From: a virus
Direction: 5' to 3' (one strand)
DNA length: 64,000 nt
Virus record (IMG/VR): IMGVR_UViG_3300046167_000733
Span: 32,001 to 96,000 of that record
Positions 61,592 to 64,000 of the stretch are shown one piece after another. The number at the start of each line of letters is the position of its first letter. Position 1 is the first letter of the stretch. The position numbers and the translations under genes are program-made. A model generated the notes under the pieces. The model did no database searches, had not been told where the DNA came from, and saw nothing but the letters and a program-made list of their open reading frames with translations.

Positions 61592-62119
61592 ATGGCAATA
61601 TTAGGCGTAGATGACTTTAAGTCCAAACTCAGAGGCGGGGGCGCACGTCCCAATCTCTTCAAAGCAACTGTTAACTTTCCTGCATATGCAGGTGGTGATG
61701 TAGAACTCACTTCCTTCTTATGTAAGTCTGCTCAACTCCCTGCTTCAACAATAGCGGCACTTGCTGTTCCATTTCGTGGTAGAACACTACAGATGGCAGG
61801 AGACAGGACATTCGAACCTTGGTCACCAACTATCATTAACGATACAGATTTCTCAATCCGTAACGCAATGGAAAGATGGATGAACGGTATGAATGGACAC
61901 TCTGCTAACACAGGTATCACAAACCCTGTTGATTATCAAGCAGACCTTATCGTTGAACAGTTAGATAAAGACGGTTCTACTTTGAAGACATACAACTTCA
62001 GAGGTTGTTTCCCAACAAGTGTATCAGCAATCGACCTTTCGTATGAAACGAATGACGCGATTGAAGAGTTTACTGTTGAATTCCAAATCCAGTATTGGGA
62101 ATCAGGAACAACTTCTTAA
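61592..62119 (+). CDS. gp19: tail tube protein
   Basis: GGGARPNLF, FRGR....AGDRTF..W..TIIND, FP..VS.IDLSY, IEEFTVEFQ. Confidence 0.97.
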   Translation: MAILGVDDFKSKLRGGGARPNLFKATVNFPAYAGGDVELTSFLCKSAQLPASTIAALAVPFRGRTLQMAGDRTFEPWSPTIINDTDFSIRNAMERWMNGMNGHSANTGITNPVDYQADLIVEQLDKDGSTLKTYNFRGCFPTSVSAIDLSYETNDAIEEFTVEFQIQYWESGTTS

Positions 62120-62154
62120 TTAGTTATAGTTAATCTGATTATAAGTATATGAAT

Positions 62155-62179
62155 AGGGACGGGGTTATTCCCCGTCTCT
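62155..62179 (+). terminator. GC-rich hairpin between gp19 and gp20 (weak terminator or processing site)
   Basis: AGGGACGGGG-TTATT-CCCCGTCTCT; short U tail; follows a TATAAGTA late-promoter variant at 62140. Confidence 0.5.
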
Positions 62180-62213
62180 TATACCGAAGGGAACTTAGAA
62201 ATAGGAAAATATA

Positions 62214-63734
62214 ATGGCAGACGACAATAGTATTTTAAGACTATTTGGATTTGAACTCAAAAGAGCAAAATCAAATCTAGAAAATGACAAAGATAAGAAA
62301 TTAGAAAAACTGCGTTCTGTAGTTGCACCTGTCGATGATGATGGTGCAGGTTACATAACCGCGTCTGGTTCACATTACGGTCAATACATTGACATGGATG
62401 GTGGACAGGCAAAAGACAATCATCAGTTAGTGATGAAGTATAGGGGTGTAGCAACTCACCCAGAAGTAGATGCCGCGATAGAAGATATCGTGAACGAATC
62501 AATAGTAGGTAGTGAACTTGAGTCACCTGTATCACTAAACCTAGACAAAATAAAAGCACCCGATAAAATCAAGCACGACATGCAGGAAGAGTTCACAAAG
62601 ATATGTTCTATGTTAAAGTTCAATGATTTGGGACACGACATATTCCGTTCATTCTATGTAGATGGTCGAGCATATTTTCATTTAATCGCAGACGAAAAGA
62701 ATTTAAAGTTAGGTATCCAAGAGATACGTCCTGTTGACTCATCAAAGATAAGAAAAGTAAAAGAAGTATCATATAAAAAAGATGTTGCTACAAATGCAAA
62801 AATCATTGATAAAGTAAATGAGTTTTATATATTCCAAGAACGTTCAGGTGGTACTCAGGGTGTAAGACTTTCGCCCGACTCAGTATCCTATGTGACATCA
62901 GGGTTACTTGACCCAAGTAAGAAACAGGTTGTGTCTTATTTACATAAAGCATTAAAACCGATTAACCAGTTAAGAATGATGGAAGACAGTCTGGTTATTT
63001 ATCGTCTCGCGCGTGCACCCGAAAGACGTATATTCTATATTGACGTGGGTAACATGCCACGTAATAAATCAGAAGCATATATGAAAGACATAATGTCTCG
63101 TTATAGAAACAAGTTAGTCTATGATGCAAACACAGGTAATCTCAAAGATGACCGTAAGCATATGTCTATGCTAGAAGACTTCTGGTTACCAAGACGAGAA
63201 GGTGGTAGAGGTACAGAGATTACTACACTTCCAGGTGGAGAGAACCTCGGACAGATTGATGACATCGTATACTTCCAGAAGAGAATGTATAGGTCATTAA
63301 ATGTTCCGTTAAGTAGACTAGAACAAGAGAGTCAGTTCTCCCTTGGTAGGTCTACAGAGATTAATCGTGATGAAGTCAAGTTCCAAAAGTTCATTGACAG
63401 ATTGCGCAAAAGATTTTCAATGTTGTTCACAGGTATATTGAAGAAGCAACTTCTTCTTAAAAACCTTATAACAGAACAAGATTGGGAAAGTTGGAAGAAC
63501 GATATTCAAGTTGACTTCCAAAGAGATAACCATTTCACAGAACTAAAGAATGCAGAAGTATTACAAAACCGTATAAATGTTCTTGACCAAGTGTCACAAT
63601 ATGTAGGTGAATACTTCTCTCGTGAATGGGTTATGAAGAATGTCATGATGATGAGTGATGACGATATTAACGAAATGAAAGACCAAGTTGAAGGCGAAAA
63701 CTCCGTCGAAGATTCAGAAGAAGATGAGGAATAA
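62214..63734 (+). CDS. gp20: portal vertex protein
   Basis: HPEVDAAIEDIVNE, YLHKALKPINQLRMMEDSLVIYRLARAPERRIFYIDVGN, EDFWLPRREGGRGTEITTLPGG. Confidence 0.97.
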   Translation: MADDNSILRLFGFELKRAKSNLENDKDKKLEKLRSVVAPVDDDGAGYITASGSHYGQYIDMDGGQAKDNHQLVMKYRGVATHPEVDAAIEDIVNESIVGSELESPVSLNLDKIKAPDKIKHDMQEEFTKICSMLKFNDLGHDIFRSFYVDGRAYFHLIADEKNLKLGIQEIRPVDSSKIRKVKEVSYKKDVATNAKIIDKVNEFYIFQERSGGTQGVRLSPDSVSYVTSGLLDPSKKQVVSYLHKALKPINQLRMMEDSLVIYRLARAPERRIFYIDVGNMPRNKSEAYMKDIMSRYRNKLVYDANTGNLKDDRKHMSMLEDFWLPRREGGRGTEITTLPGGENLGQIDDIVYFQKRMYRSLNVPLSRLEQESQFSLGRSTEINRDEVKFQKFIDRLRKRFSMLFTGILKKQLLLKNLITEQDWESWKNDIQVDFQRDNHFTELKNAEVLQNRINVLDQVSQYVGEYFSREWVMKNVMMMSDDDINEMKDQVEGENSVEDSEEDEE

Positions 63735-63738
63735 AAAA

Positions 63739-63951
63739 ATGAGTAATGAAGCATTAGCACAACTAATAGACCATATAGGTGATGGTGAACTAAATAAGGC
63801 ACAAGATATGTTTAGTTCTATATTACAGGACAAACAATCAAGTGCATTAGAGTCACAGAGAGTATCTGTTGCAGGACAAATCTTTAATGGAGATGTTCCA
63901 GATGCCGATATGGAGATATCTGACGAAGAAATAGTCGCAGAAATAGAATAA
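63739..63951 (+). CDS. small acidic prohead core protein (gp67-like position)
   Basis: Follows portal; LID.I..G....A...F...L..K...AL. Confidence 0.65.
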   Translation: MSNEALAQLIDHIGDGELNKAQDMFSSILQDKQSSALESQRVSVAGQIFNGDVPDADMEISDEEIVAEIE

Positions 63952-63979
63952 AATAGTTAATTTTATAAAAATAAATTTG

Positions 63980-63987
63980 TATAAATA
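63980..63987 (+). promoter_or_regulatory. late promoter before a gene starting at 63993
   Basis: TATAAATA then ATGAAAAC at the window end. Confidence 0.75.
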
Positions 63988-64000
63988 GAAGTATGAAAAC

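Noticed and set aside
23063-63802. Many 60-190 aa minus-strand ORFs opposite structural genes
   Set aside because: Antisense shadows of genes rich in Thr/Ala/Gly/Asp codons; no RBS, promoters or recognisable motifs.
1-64000. tRNA/rRNA genes, transposases, integrases, homing endonucleases
   Set aside because: No cloverleaf or T-loop motif in the short intergenic gaps and no ORF with such motifs; gp4 is TnsA-like but is the standard head-completion nuclease.

Overview
A 64-kb, AT-rich segment of a T4-like myovirus genome with cyanophage/marine-heterotroph-type gene order. It uses sigma70-type early promoters with Shine-Dalgarno sites and T4 late promoters (TATAAATA). From left to right: (i) a ~7.5-kb glycan-building cluster with several glycosyltransferases, a sulfotransferase, an O-methyltransferase, a HAD-nucleotidyltransferase fusion and a Maf/GT29-like protein; (ii) small early genes, a DenV-like glycosylase, gp33 and gp32; (iii) the baseplate/tail module (tape-measure-like gene, gp51/gp26, gp54, gp2, gp4, gp48, gp53, gp27-like, a gp5 split into three genes, gp25, gp6, gp7, gp9-like, gp8, VrlC-like); (iv) fibre genes, including an embedded glycosyltransferase + 2OG-Fe(II) oxygenase cassette and a ~2,785-aa repeat-built tail fibre; (v) gp13-gp20 and a prohead core gene. 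About 15 single-base frameshifts, including two in terminase, look like long-read consensus errors. Most notable: a recurring D-S-[A/D/S/G] motif largely confined to virion proteins, alongside two glycosylation gene clusters (candidate phage-encoded virion O-glycosylation system); a perfect 38-bp inverted repeat starting at the -10 boxes of two promoters next to those clusters; a likely gp26/gp51 -1 frameshift; and apparent avoidance of several short DNA motifs. All family assignments come from motif recognition and synteny, not database searches.
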